A DNA stretch of 64,000 nt from Dehalococcoidia bacterium (GTDB lineage Bacteria > Chloroflexota > Dehalococcoidia > Plut-88900): positions 2,080,001-2,144,000 of the forward strand of contig OZ240219.1 of NCBI GenBank assembly GCA_965197645.1, read 5' to 3'. How positions within the stretch are numbered: the first letter of the stretch is position 1; each line of letters begins with the position of its first letter. This document shows, piece by piece, positions 9,500 to 19,272 of this stretch. Made by a program: the position numbers and the translations under genes. Under the pieces are notes generated by a model that did not search any database, was not told where the DNA came from, and was given only the letters and a program-made list of their open reading frames with translations.

Positions 9500-10525
9500 G
9501 TGGTTAGACTAGCCTACAGCTTGGGCAACAACATGGACCCCGATGTGCTGATCGAACGGGCAAAAAAGATAGAGTCGGCTGGCTTCGAGATAGCGTTCTC
9601 CAACGAGCTTTTTGCCTCCCCCTTCGTTCCCCTGGCGGCCGTCGCTCCCCAAACCGAGCGGCTAAAGCTGGGCTGCAGCATCGCCTACGCCTTCACCCGG
9701 AGCCCCCTGGAGACAGCCATAACCATGCTGGACCTGGACCAGATCACCAGGGGCAGGTTCATCCTGGGTCTGGGCTCTGGGGTGAGGCGGCTCAACGAAA
9801 ACTGGCACGGCGTGTCCAACTACGGCCGGCCCGCGCCCCACATGAAGGAGTGCGTGCGGGCCGTCAAAGCCATCCTCGATGGCATCGTCTCGGGGAACCC
9901 GGTGCAGTTCCAGGGCGAGTACTACAACCTGGACATGCGGGGCTGGGATAGGGACGACACGCCGGTCAACGGCACCATACCCATCTACATGGCCGCCGTC
10001 CGAGAGGGCATGTGCCGGGCTGTCGGCGACGTGGCCGACGGGGTCCTGGGATTCCCTGTGTGGACGCCCCGATGGTTGAAGGAGGTGGTCCTGCCGAACA
10101 TCGCCATCGGGTTGAAGCGTTCTGGCCGGAAGAGGAGCGACATCGATATCTGGGGTTCGTTGACGGTAGCCATCACCAACGATAAGAAACAGGGCTACAT
10201 GGACGCCCGGAGCATCCCCGGGTTCTACGCAACCATTCGTACCTACGAACCTGTGTTCACCCATCACGGCTTCGAAAAAGAGGTGGCCGAGATAAGGGAA
10301 GCCTTCATGAATCTACAGGGCTTCGGCGACGAGGTGCTGGCCCCTATCAGCGAGGAGATGGCCGGACAGTTCGTTGCAGTAGGCTCCGCCGACGAGGTGA
10401 GGAAGCGGGTCAACGAGATGGCCGAGCTCTGCGATGGCGTCGACCTCAACGTACCGTCCGACTCCGTGCCGCCGGAACGGGTCGCCGAGTACGAGAAGGC
10501 CATGTTCGAGACCTTCGCCAGCTGA
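9500..10525 (+). CDS. LLM flavin/F420-dependent oxidoreductase
   Basis: AFTRSPLETA..LD..GRFILGLGSG; GGAGG SD before GTG 9500. Confidence 0.85.
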   Translation: MVRLAYSLGNNMDPDVLIERAKKIESAGFEIAFSNELFASPFVPLAAVAPQTERLKLGCSIAYAFTRSPLETAITMLDLDQITRGRFILGLGSGVRRLNENWHGVSNYGRPAPHMKECVRAVKAILDGIVSGNPVQFQGEYYNLDMRGWDRDDTPVNGTIPIYMAAVREGMCRAVGDVADGVLGFPVWTPRWLKEVVLPNIAIGLKRSGRKRSDIDIWGSLTVAITNDKKQGYMDARSIPGFYATIRTYEPVFTHHGFEKEVAEIREAFMNLQGFGDEVLAPISEEMAGQFVAVGSADEVRKRVNEMAELCDGVDLNVPSDSVPPERVAEYEKAMFETFAS

Positions 10526-10609
10526 CATGGCCATCAGGAAGGACTCCCCTTCGATCCGTGTCCGGTTTGACAGGACTTATGCCATAGGGATTTGAGGCAG
10601 CTACCGAAT

Positions 10610-11263
10610 ATGATAATAGACATGCACTCCCACTCGATCTTCTCCGATGATGCTCGGGCCACCGTCGAGCAGTACGTGAAGTGGATTGCCAAAGTGGTCA
10701 GGAAAAACCACAAGCTGGACGCCGTCGTCCTGACCGAGCACCGGGGCTTCGACTGGAAGTCCGACTACTCGGACCTGGAAGAAGAGTACGATATCAAGAT
10801 CTTCAAAGCCTCGGAGCTGGACACCAATCGAGGGCACGTTCTGCTCTACGGTGTCAACGATCGTCTCCTGGAGCGGTTCAACTTCGCCGACGTTACCATG
10901 GACGCGATGGCACTGGTCGAAGAGGCGAAGGCCTCGGGCGCCTTTGGTGTGCCGGCCCACCCCGGTCGAAAACGGATCGGGTTGTGCGAGTTCCTGGAGA
11001 ACGGGATGGACATCCCGGACGTCCAGGTGATGGAGGTATTGAACGGCGGCAGCACCCCGCCGGAGAACGAGCGCGCCAGCCAGCTGGTGCAGGAGCGAGG
11101 CTACAAGGGTATCGGGGGCAGCGATGCCCATTTCGTCAACGCCATCGGCAAGTACGCCACCGAGTTCGAGAACGAAATCGGCACCATAGAGGACCTGGTC
11201 GAGGAGCTCAAGAAGGGCGCTTTCGAACCGGTACGTCTGGACGATACCACCCCAAGCTCGTGA
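10610..11263 (+). CDS. PHP-domain metal-dependent phosphoesterase
   Basis: DMHSHS, LTEH, GHVL, AHPGR, GGSDAH. Confidence 0.85.
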   Translation: MIIDMHSHSIFSDDARATVEQYVKWIAKVVRKNHKLDAVVLTEHRGFDWKSDYSDLEEEYDIKIFKASELDTNRGHVLLYGVNDRLLERFNFADVTMDAMALVEEAKASGAFGVPAHPGRKRIGLCEFLENGMDIPDVQVMEVLNGGSTPPENERASQLVQERGYKGIGGSDAHFVNAIGKYATEFENEIGTIEDLVEELKKGAFEPVRLDDTTPSS

Positions 11264-11273
11264 GCTTGTAATC

Positions 11274-11711
11274 ATGGCGGAGCTGCAGTTCAACAGAGAG
11301 GTCCTGGGCAAAAGGTACGAGGTCGGGCCTTACCACGTCACCCGAGAGACAGTGCTCGACTACCTACACTCCGTGGGTGAGACCAACCCCCTCTACACCG
11401 GCGTTGGCCAGGACGGTAAGCTCTCGGCGCCCCACGCCCTGCTCAACATCTTCTTCGACGACTGGGAGTCGCCGGACCTGGACATAAAGTTCGAAGGGGT
11501 CAACTACAAGGCCGGGCACTGGCTGGAGCCGCTGGCGCCCATCAAGGCCGGCGACGTGATAATGGCCAGCTTCTGGATCAAGGACGTCTTCGCCAAGACG
11601 GGGCGCTCGGGCCCGATGGCCTTCATTCACGCCGAGGGCCTGCTGACCAACCAGGACGGCGTCGAGGTGGCCAAGGTGGGTTTCTCCAGCGTTCTCCGCA
11701 AGGAGTCGTAA
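11274..11711 (+). CDS. MaoC-like hot-dog fold dehydratase (N-terminal type)
   Basis: GETNPLY, PIKAGD, KTGRSGPMAF, TNQDG pattern. Confidence 0.75.
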   Translation: MAELQFNREVLGKRYEVGPYHVTRETVLDYLHSVGETNPLYTGVGQDGKLSAPHALLNIFFDDWESPDLDIKFEGVNYKAGHWLEPLAPIKAGDVIMASFWIKDVFAKTGRSGPMAFIHAEGLLTNQDGVEVAKVGFSSVLRKES

Positions 11712-11717
11712 CCCCGG

Positions 11718-11871
11718 CAGGGTGTCGAACACCCTCTCGACCATCCGCCTAGCCCCCTTCCTGGCCAGGAAGAGGGGAAAAATAAGATAATTTCTGAGGG
11801 ACACCCCTTCGGTGGGCTCAGGGCAGGCTCTCAGACTCCCGGCAAAGGGGCTTCGCTCCTCTATACACCCC
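11718..11871 (-). repeat. Palindromic intergenic repeat unit A, with nested AGCCTGCCCTGAGCCCACCGAAG insert
   Basis: Reverse complement matches copies at 37864, 48490 and 60061 (GGGGTGTRCAGAGGRGCGAAGCCCCTTTGCCGG..CTGAGGGTGTCCCTCA..CCAGGAAGGGGGC..GGATGGTCGA). Confidence 0.85.
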
Positions 11872-11925
11872 ATGGTCGATTAGCTCGTGAAGGGAACCTG
11901 TTGAGACTGCTCCGGGACTTCGTGT

Positions 11926-12034
11926 CCGGGAGTCCAGAGGGCTTCCCTCTGGCAGGGGGCCTGGGGGGCGTACCCCCAGAATACTAAGACATCCCAAGGC
12001 GGGTGGGAGGGCAAACAAACCTGGGGTGGGGGCC
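11926..12034 (-). repeat. Palindromic intergenic repeat unit B
   Basis: Reverse complement matches 59851-59958 (GCCCTCCCACCCGCC..TGGGGG..CCCCCA..CCCCCTGCCAGAGGGAAGCCCTCTGGA). Confidence 0.85.
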
Positions 12035-12064
12035 TTCTTCCTGACCACGAGCGAGGATGGCGTT

Positions 12065-12098
12065 GCTGCAGAGGGGCGCAGCCCCTCTGTACACCTCA
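12065..12098 (-). repeat. Partial unit A terminal hairpin
   Basis: GCAGAGGGGCGCAGCCCCTCTGTACACC. Confidence 0.6.
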
Positions 12099-12199
12099 TA
12101 TTTGCTCCGCCTGCTAGACTGCTATTGACCGGACAGCCTCTCAGCGGCCGGTATTGGTCTCAGGGTACGAGGATTCACAACGACATGTAGGAGCACACC

Positions 12200-13168
12200 A
12201 TGCCCAAGCTGGACTTCGGCGTATGCGTCGGCGAAAATTTTTCGATGACTGAGGGCCTGGAAACAGCCGCCGCCGTAGAGGAGATGGGCTTCGATTCTCT
12301 CTGGCTAGTGGAAAGCGTGGGCTCCGGCACCACCCTATTGGAACCTCTAGTCACCCTTGCCGTCTTCGCCACCCGCACCCGGAAGGTATCCCTCGGTCCC
12401 GCCGTCGTCATTCTTCCCCTGCGCAACCCGGTGGGACTGGCCCATGCCGGCGCCACCCTGGACATGCTCTCCAACGGCCGCTTCGCCCTTGGTATAGGTG
12501 TAGGCGAAAGATCGCCTCAGCCCTTCGAAGCATACGGCGTCCCCGTCAAGGAGCGAGGTAGTCGCTGTGAGGAAGCGCTGGAGATTATCAAACGTCTCTG
12601 GACCGAGGAAACGGTAACCTATGAAGGGCGCTACTGGAGCCTCGATGATTATGGATTGGGACTCAAGCCGGTCCAGAAACCGCACCCACCCATCTGGTTT
12701 GCCGGAGCGAGAGCCGAGTCGGTTGTGAAACGGGCGGCCCGGCTAGGAGACGCCATCTACCCGACCCGCACCACTCCTTCCGAGCTGGCCGGCATTTTCC
12801 AACGTCTCGACGGCTACCGGCTGGAGTACGGTCGCAGCGGAGACCCATTCGTAAAGGCCGTCTATCTGCGTCTGTGCATCTCGGACACCGTACAGCGGGG
12901 CCGGGACCTGTTCGTCAACACGCTGGAGAGCCGCTACAAGATCAAGATAGCTATAGATGACGACCCCGGCTCATCCGGTGGGAACGGCGCTGCCCTGACC
13001 TTTGGCAAACACGAGCTGATTGGAGACCCGGACTACATCTCCGAGAACATCCGGGAGTACGCCGAGGCCGGAGTCACCCACGTGGTATTGGACATGTCGT
13101 GCCCCCGAGAAGAGATCATTCCCCAGCTCAAACTTTTCACCGATCGAGTCATGCCTAAGTTCAAGTAG
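12200..13168 (+). CDS. LLM flavin-dependent oxidoreductase
   Basis: LPLRNPV..ATLDMLSNGRFALGIGVG, KPVQKPHPPIWFAG. Confidence 0.9.
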   Translation: MPKLDFGVCVGENFSMTEGLETAAAVEEMGFDSLWLVESVGSGTTLLEPLVTLAVFATRTRKVSLGPAVVILPLRNPVGLAHAGATLDMLSNGRFALGIGVGERSPQPFEAYGVPVKERGSRCEEALEIIKRLWTEETVTYEGRYWSLDDYGLGLKPVQKPHPPIWFAGARAESVVKRAARLGDAIYPTRTTPSELAGIFQRLDGYRLEYGRSGDPFVKAVYLRLCISDTVQRGRDLFVNTLESRYKIKIAIDDDPGSSGGNGAALTFGKHELIGDPDYISENIREYAEAGVTHVVLDMSCPREEIIPQLKLFTDRVMPKFK

Positions 13169-13268
13169 CGGCTGTAGCGGAAGGCTTGACTATGGAGGTT
13201 AGAAGGGACTGAATACTGGGGGCTCCAACATAGTGATTCTGAACGCGTGGGATTAGGAGATTGTCGAG

Positions 13269-14402
13269 ATGGAGGGTTTAGTGCTCCCCGTCATCGCGTT
13301 GATCATATTCGCTGTCCTGGTTGGCAACCTAATCGGATGGTGGAGAATAAGGAGTAGGACCGCTACGGTACTGGTCGTGGTGTTCGTCGCTGTCATCTTG
13401 GCCTTGGTCGCTGGCTGCGCCTCTGAGCCCACCCAGGAGATTTCGACACCGACCTCCGCTCCGGCAGCCACACCCATGCCGACACCGACATCGACTGCCG
13501 AGCCAACAACGGCGTCCATGCCGACTCAAGAGGTACCGCTCACTCCGGCAGCGACGGAGGAATCGGCAACCCCAGCCGCCACCACCGCAACGCCGGCAAC
13601 TACGCCGACCTCTACCACAACGCCGAATCCGGATCCCACCGCAACACCTACCCCTACTCCAGAACCTACGCCTACTCCCACAGCAACGCCGGCCCCTACG
13701 CGTACCCCAACTCCGACACCCACACTAACGCCCGATCCCACCCCCGTACAGCCCATCAGCGTCTCCGGGCAGGGGACGTCCACCCGAGCCATCGACCTGA
13801 GCGAGGGCCTGTGGGTTGTTGACCTGAGCCTGTCAGGGAGTCAGGGCTACCTCGGCATTGTCATAGAGTCGGTTGCCGTCAGCGCAGACGGTTCTGGTCG
13901 AGCGTTGCTTTTCAACGAGGTCATGGACAGTGATGACTGGAGCGGTAGCGTCACCCTGCGGGTGGGCGATGATTGGTCGGCTGATATAGGCCCGGGCCGG
14001 CAGATCATCAGCGCAGAGGCCACCGGCTCTTGGACGCTGACGTTTGCTCACCAGTCGCACATCCAGAACCCGACACAGGAGTCGACCACTGTTGGGCCTA
14101 TCAGTGTCTCCGGGGAGGGGACGTCCACCCGAACCATCGACCTGAGCGAAGGCCTGTGGATTGTCGAGCTGAGCCTGTCAGGGAGTCAGGGCTACCTCGG
14201 CATTGTCATAGAGCCGGTTGCCGTCAGCGCAAACGGTTCTGGTCGAGCGTTGCTTTTCAACGAGGTCATGGACAGTGACGACTGGAGCGGTAGCGTCACC
14301 CTGCGGGTGGGCGATGATTGGTCGGCCGATATAGCCCCGGGCCGGCAGATCATCAGTGTCGATGCCACCGGCTCCTGGCAGCTAACCTTCACCAGGCAGT
14401 AG
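13269..14402 (+). CDS. Membrane-anchored/lipoprotein with Pro-Thr linker and two tandem ~98-aa beta-rich domains
   Basis: Two hydrophobic segments then LVAGC lipobox-like motif; (TP)n tract; duplicated domain. Confidence 0.75.
   Translation: MEGLVLPVIALIIFAVLVGNLIGWWRIRSRTATVLVVVFVAVILALVAGCASEPTQEISTPTSAPAATPMPTPTSTAEPTTASMPTQEVPLTPAATEESATPAATTATPATTPTSTTTPNPDPTATPTPTPEPTPTPTATPAPTRTPTPTPTLTPDPTPVQPISVSGQGTSTRAIDLSEGLWVVDLSLSGSQGYLGIVIESVAVSADGSGRALLFNEVMDSDDWSGSVTLRVGDDWSADIGPGRQIISAEATGSWTLTFAHQSHIQNPTQESTTVGPISVSGEGTSTRTIDLSEGLWIVELSLSGSQGYLGIVIEPVAVSANGSGRALLFNEVMDSDDWSGSVTLRVGDDWSADIAPGRQIISVDATGSWQLTFTRQ
13752..14390 (+). repeat. Intragenic direct repeat, two 294-bp units (13752-14045 and 14097-14390)
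   Basis: Near-identical nucleotide and protein sequence PISVSG..GSWxLTF. Confidence 0.9.
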
Positions 14403-14457
14403 CGGAAAATAGGGTCTGCTTTGGGACCCAGCGCGTATTAACCAGACTCGAGCTATC

Positions 14458-16203
14458 TCAGCCGGCGTTAGCGTGCATCTTCCGGCAGTGGGGGCAGCGC
14501 AGCTCCTCCACGTTCTCCGCGCCGTAGTCCCTGGTCGCCGCTTCCTCGGAGACGTAGCCGTTGGTGAGGTCGTTCCTCAGCAGCTCCCTGTCCCGCTCCG
14601 ACGGATCGCCGTACCCCCCCGAGCCCGCCGCTTCGTACCAGACGGCGTCGTCGCTGGCGAGCTGAAAGGCCGGCCCTTTGCTGTTACGGGGCGTCTCGTT
14701 GCCCTGGCTGTCCCTGATGTGAATCCTCGTGGGCGATCCGTCCTTGCCGCCCAACAGCCCGAAGGGCGCCACCTTGGTCCGCTCGGCGCAGACGGCGGCC
14801 GTCGCCGTGTGGTCCAGCACCCTGGTGACCCTCCTGGCCCCGCACCCGCCCCGGTACTTGCCCGGCCCGCCGGTATCGGGAAGTATCTCGTATCTTTCTA
14901 TGAGCAGCGGAAACCGCATCTCCATCTGCTCCACGGGGGTGTTCATGGTGTTGCTGATGCCCACCTTGACCGAGTTGATCCCATCCTGGTTGGGACGGGC
15001 GCCCATGCCGCCGGCCAGCGTTTCGTAGCTGACGTACCGCTTCTTGGTCTCAGGGTGAAGCCCGCCGACGGTCAGGATGGCCGAGGTACCCTGGGAGCAG
15101 GCGAGAACGTTCTGGGGGTAGCCCGATGCCACCGCCCCGAAGAGCATGTCGCAGATGTGATGGGTCATCTCGTGGTTGGCGAACACCACCGGCGCCGGGT
15201 GGAGAACGTTGACCACGCTTCCCTCGGGCGCCGTGACCCGTATCGGCCGCCACGCCCCCGAGTTGGGAGGGATCAGGTCGTAGGGGTCGACGATCATCTT
15301 CACCGCCGTGTAGACCCCTGAGGCGGTCACGGCGAGGGGGGCGTTCATGGGGCCGTCGACCTGGGCATCGCTGCCCGTGAAGTCGACGGTCATCTCGTCG
15401 CCCCGCTTGCTCACCCTGATCTGGAGGTGAATCATCTCGTCCTCGGTCTGTCCCAGGGAGATCAGCCCGTCGCCGTCTGCGTAGTCCTCGAAGAAGAACT
15501 CGCCGTCGTCCAGCCGCTCGAGCTGGGCCCGCGTCATCCGGTCCGAGTAGTCCTGGATCCCCTGCATGATATCGATCAGGACGTCAGGGCCGTACTTGTT
15601 CGCCATCTCCTCCACGCGAAGCGCTCCCCGGCGGTTGGCGGCCACCTGTGCTCGCAGGTCCCCTCGACGCTCTTCGGGAGTACGAACGTTGGCCCAAATC
15701 AGGCTATCGATGTCAGTGTTCAGCTCGCCGGCGTTATACAGCCTGACACCCGGCAGACGGAGTCCTTCGCCGTATATCTCCGGGGTGGCGCCGTAGCTGC
15801 CCGGCGTTGCGCTGCCGATGTCGGGCCAGTGGGCCCGGGTGCAGGCGAACCCCAGAAGTTTCTCCTCGTCCAGAAAGATGGGTGACACTACGTTGACGTC
15901 CGGCAGGTGGGAGCCGCCGAAGTATGGATCGTTGTGAATGAACACGTCGCCGGGGGCGAAGGTGTCGGCAACGGACATGATCGCCTTCACCGTCAGCGGC
16001 ATGGAGCCTAGGTGTATCGGGATATCCGGGCCCTGGGCCACCATGTTGCCCTCGGAATCGAAGATTCCGCAGGAGTAGTCTCCCGCCAGCTTGAGAAGTG
16101 GGGAGTAGGCCGTCTTCGCCAGCACCACCTTCATCTCTTCGGCGGCGGACAGCAGAGCGTTCTTCACCACCTGAAACGTTACGGCGTCTACGTCTCTATC
16201 CAT
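14458..16203 (-). CDS. Hydantoinase B / oxoprolinase family subunit
   Basis: DYSCGIFD, HLGSM, NDPYFGGSHLPD, RAHWPDIG, GGPGKYRGG, GGYGDP. Confidence 0.9.
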   Translation of the reverse strand: MDRDVDAVTFQVVKNALLSAAEEMKVVLAKTAYSPLLKLAGDYSCGIFDSEGNMVAQGPDIPIHLGSMPLTVKAIMSVADTFAPGDVFIHNDPYFGGSHLPDVNVVSPIFLDEEKLLGFACTRAHWPDIGSATPGSYGATPEIYGEGLRLPGVRLYNAGELNTDIDSLIWANVRTPEERRGDLRAQVAANRRGALRVEEMANKYGPDVLIDIMQGIQDYSDRMTRAQLERLDDGEFFFEDYADGDGLISLGQTEDEMIHLQIRVSKRGDEMTVDFTGSDAQVDGPMNAPLAVTASGVYTAVKMIVDPYDLIPPNSGAWRPIRVTAPEGSVVNVLHPAPVVFANHEMTHHICDMLFGAVASGYPQNVLACSQGTSAILTVGGLHPETKKRYVSYETLAGGMGARPNQDGINSVKVGISNTMNTPVEQMEMRFPLLIERYEILPDTGGPGKYRGGCGARRVTRVLDHTATAAVCAERTKVAPFGLLGGKDGSPTRIHIRDSQGNETPRNSKGPAFQLASDDAVWYEAAGSGGYGDPSERDRELLRNDLTNGYVSEEAATRDYGAENVEELRCPHCRKMHANAG

Positions 16204-18298
16204 TGGGTGTTCCTTCCAGTGTAAGCACCACCGATCCCGATTCCGTCAGTCGAGCGCTCTGTCCAGGGTAAACAACGATGGTAGAGCTCGGCTCCTGGAT
16301 CACTGCGGGTGCGGGAATGGGCGCGTTGATGGGAAGCAAGTCCCTGTCATGGACCTTGCAGCTCGATAGCCCGGTCTCCTTGAAGTAGACATAACGCTCT
16401 CCCGACACGCTCCGCGCCATGTCTCGACCGTCCGGGCCAATCTTCTGGTTGATGTAGTTGCTGCCTAGCGCTCCGATAGCCGTGAGCCGGAGGTTCACCA
16501 TCTGCACCGGCTCGCCGGGGGCGTTGTACCCATAGGTCCTGCGGTGCTGATCGTGGAAGCGGTCCGCTATCCCGGCCGTCGACCCCGAATCGACGTCCGA
16601 TGAGTCCAGGGGCACGGTCAGCTCATATGCCTGGTGTCCGTAGCGCAGGTCCACAGAAGCCTGGAAGCTCCATCCCGCTTCTTCTGCGCCCGACTCGGCC
16701 AGCATCACTCTTGCCTCTTGCTCCATCTCGGCGATGACGCTGCGTACGTCATTCAGCGCCTCGTCTTCCAGGGGAGTGTATAGAGTTCGGACGTAGTCGC
16801 GCTTGAGATCGGTGCAGACCAGCCCCATGGCTGAAAAGGCGCCGGGGTTGGGCGGGACTATCACCCTGCCTATATCCAGCTCTACGGCCAACCGACCGGC
16901 GTGCACGGGGCCCGCTCCGCCGAAGGCCACCAGGGAGAACTCTCGTGGGTCGTAGCCCCGCTCGATGGAGATCATGCGGATGGCGTTGGCCATGTTGGAG
17001 TTGACGATGTCCACGATCCCCTGGGCCGCCTCACTGGTGTTCAGCCCCAACCGCTTGCCCACCGACGAGTCTATCGCCTTTTCGGCTCTCTCCAGGTCGA
17101 TGGTCATCCTTCCACCCAGCAGGGTTTCCGGGTCCAGGTACCCAAGCACAACGTCGGCATCGGTGACCGTGGGGTCTTCCCCGCCCAGGCCATAACAGGC
17201 GGGGCCGGGCGATGCGCCGGCGCTCTGCGGGCCAACGCGCAACCCTCCGCCGTCGTCCACCCAGGCGATGCTTCCCCCGCCGGCGCTGACCTCGGCCAGG
17301 TCTACCACCGGCACCTTGATGGGGTGGCCCGTGCCCTGTAGCCACCGGCGGAAGCTGCCTTCGCCGCCCACCTCGTACTCCGTGGTAACCGTTACCTCCC
17401 CGTCGTCGATGAGGCTGGCTTTAGCCGTCGTGCCGCCCATGTCGAAAGAGATCAGCTTTGGGATGGAGAGCGCCTCGCCCAGGGCCGCAGCCGCCGTAAC
17501 TCCTGCTGCCGGGCCCGACTCGATGAGCATGGCCGGCATCTCCAAGCCCTGCTCCACGGAGAACACGCCGCCGCTGGAGCCGGTGAGGTACATCGGGGGG
17601 TATGCGTCCGATTCGAGAAACCGGTTGAGCCGGTCGAGATAGCCCTCCAGTATCGGGGCCACGTACGCACATACCGATACCGTGCTGGTCCGCTCGTACT
17701 CCCGCATTTCCGGTAGCACCTGGCTGGAGAGGAAGACCCGCACGTCGGGCAGCTCTCGCCGGAGCGCCTCACCTATCTTTTGCTCGTGCGAGGGGTTAAG
17801 GAAGGAGAAGAGCAGACATACGGCTACCGCCTCGACCTCGTGGGCTTTGAGGAACTCGATGATTTCCGCCATGCTCGATTCGTCCAGGGGAGTCCGCACG
17901 TTGCCATGGGCATCCACCCGCTCCGTGACCTCCAGCCGCAGGTGCCGGGGTATGAGCACCCGCGGGGGCGGCTGGAACATGTTGTACAGCTCGGCCCTGG
18001 CCTGACGGCGTATCTCCAGTACGTCTCTGAACCCGCTGGTGGTTATCAGCGCCGCCCGCGCCCCCTTGGATTCGAGGATTGCGTTGGTCACGACGGTCGT
18101 AGCGTGGGACAGGAAGGAGATATTGTCCGGGGTTATGTTGCGGTCGTTACTCAGGGTCCTGAGAGCATCGATTACCGCGGTGGCGTAGTCCTGCGGAGTG
18201 GACGAGAGCTTCCAGATCGCCTGCTCTCCGGTGTCCTCATCTACGATGGCGAGGTCGGTAAACGTCCCGCCAATATCTATCCCGGCTCTGATACCCAA
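16196..18298 (-). CDS. Hydantoinase A / oxoprolinase family subunit
   Basis: IDIGGTFTD, ESGPAAG, DMGGTT, GPQSAGASPGPACY; TTG start after AGGAG SD. Confidence 0.9.
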   Translation of the reverse strand: MGIRAGIDIGGTFTDLAIVDEDTGEQAIWKLSSTPQDYATAVIDALRTLSNDRNITPDNISFLSHATTVVTNAILESKGARAALITTSGFRDVLEIRRQARAELYNMFQPPPRVLIPRHLRLEVTERVDAHGNVRTPLDESSMAEIIEFLKAHEVEAVAVCLLFSFLNPSHEQKIGEALRRELPDVRVFLSSQVLPEMREYERTSTVSVCAYVAPILEGYLDRLNRFLESDAYPPMYLTGSSGGVFSVEQGLEMPAMLIESGPAAGVTAAAALGEALSIPKLISFDMGGTTAKASLIDDGEVTVTTEYEVGGEGSFRRWLQGTGHPIKVPVVDLAEVSAGGGSIAWVDDGGGLRVGPQSAGASPGPACYGLGGEDPTVTDADVVLGYLDPETLLGGRMTIDLERAEKAIDSSVGKRLGLNTSEAAQGIVDIVNSNMANAIRMISIERGYDPREFSLVAFGGAGPVHAGRLAVELDIGRVIVPPNPGAFSAMGLVCTDLKRDYVRTLYTPLEDEALNDVRSVIAEMEQEARVMLAESGAEEAGWSFQASVDLRYGHQAYELTVPLDSSDVDSGSTAGIADRFHDQHRRTYGYNAPGEPVQMVNLRLTAIGALGSNYINQKIGPDGRDMARSVSGERYVYFKETGLSSCKVHDRDLLPINAPIPAPAVIQEPSSTIVVYPGQSARLTESGSVVLTLEGTPNG

Positions 18299-18444
18299 TG
18301 AACGTCTCCTCGCAACAGAAGGATTGGTGTTCGGCCTGCGGCGAATATATATTTCGCTTACTGGGGTGTCAAGGATGTCCGGCTGAAGATCCGGGGTGGA
18401 TAGGCGAACTCCGTAGAGGATAGAATGACTTGAAGGACTCTGGG

Positions 18445-19056
18445 ATGAACACGAAGCCGACAATGCGATGGGCGCTCTTGCTGGCCCTGCTGGTGGTTGT
18501 CCTGATCGTGGCCGGATGCAGGATACGGATCCACGATACGGAGCAGACCGACGATACAGACCAGGTCCACGATACAGAACAAAGGCTGGGGCTGATCGAT
18601 ACTCCCAACCCTGATGGTCTTCAACTGGGCCCGTTGATCGGGCGGCTCGCCCCTAACTTCCGGCTCGAAAACATGGACGGCGAACACGTGGTGCTCAGCG
18701 ATCTACGAGGCACCCCCGTTTTCCTCAACTTCTGGGCCGTTTGGTGCGGGCCCTGTCGCTACGAGATGCCCGAGATGGAGAAGGTCTACCGGCAGTTGGG
18801 CGATAAGGTAGCCTTCTTGGCAGTGGACCTGGATGAGCCGAAGGAACGAGTTGAGGTGTACATCGATCTGCTGGAAATCACGTTCCCGATAGTTCTGGAC
18901 GATGGCGCCGTGGTCACCCGGGCCTACGGGGTTGTTGGGTTTCCATCGACCTACCTGATAGACGAAGTTGGGGTCCTCCGCAACATAAAGGTGGGCGCCT
19001 TCCTCAGCGAGGCTGAGATACTGGACAGGTTGGAGGGCCTCGGGTTTCTGGACTGA
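18445..19056 (+). CDS. TlpA/ResA-type thiol-disulfide oxidoreductase lipoprotein
   Basis: IVAGC lipobox; LNFWAVWCGPCRYEMP; FPSTYLID. Confidence 0.85.
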   Translation: MNTKPTMRWALLLALLVVVLIVAGCRIRIHDTEQTDDTDQVHDTEQRLGLIDTPNPDGLQLGPLIGRLAPNFRLENMDGEHVVLSDLRGTPVFLNFWAVWCGPCRYEMPEMEKVYRQLGDKVAFLAVDLDEPKERVEVYIDLLEITFPIVLDDGAVVTRAYGVVGFPSTYLIDEVGVLRNIKVGAFLSEAEILDRLEGLGFLD

Positions 19057-19087
19057 GAAATGCAACAGACCGGCATCCCGTTATCCC

Positions 19088-19116
19088 TTGACTTGGCCGC
19101 TTGGTGTGAATAAAGT
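19088..19116 (+). promoter_or_regulatory. Sigma70-type promoter
   Basis: TTGACT-17 nt-TAAAGT. Confidence 0.6.
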
Positions 19117-19197
19117 AACAATCCAAGAACCCGGCGGTATGAACTCACTCAGACGATTATCAGCACTATCAGAGCGCAGGAGACGAGGCGAAATTTT

Positions 19198-19235
19198 GGG
19201 GGTGCTCCCTGCCTGTTGGGGCATCCTTCTTTTTT
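19198..19235 (+). terminator. Intrinsic terminator-like hairpin in the leader of the glycosyltransferase gene
   Basis: GGGGGTGCTCC / GGGGCATCCTT stem followed by CTTTTTT. Confidence 0.6.
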
Positions 19236-19272
19236 GCACTTTGACTTGTCCGTTATCTAAATTGGAGGGCCT

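Noticed and set aside
11718-12100. Intergenic repeats as a CRISPR array or intact IS
   Set aside because: No tandem direct repeats with regular spacers, no cas genes, no transposase ORF
13440-13750. ACGCCG/ACTCCG-rich tract as a DNA-level VNTR
   Set aside because: Codons vary freely; it simply encodes a Pro/Thr linker
18730-18760. Second selenoprotein in the TlpA-like gene
   Set aside because: Ordinary WCGPC with TGC/TGT codons
19120-19235. c-di-AMP (ydaO) riboswitch upstream of treT
   Set aside because: Only TTTTGGGG resembles it; the GAATCC and CAGCTAACC motifs are absent
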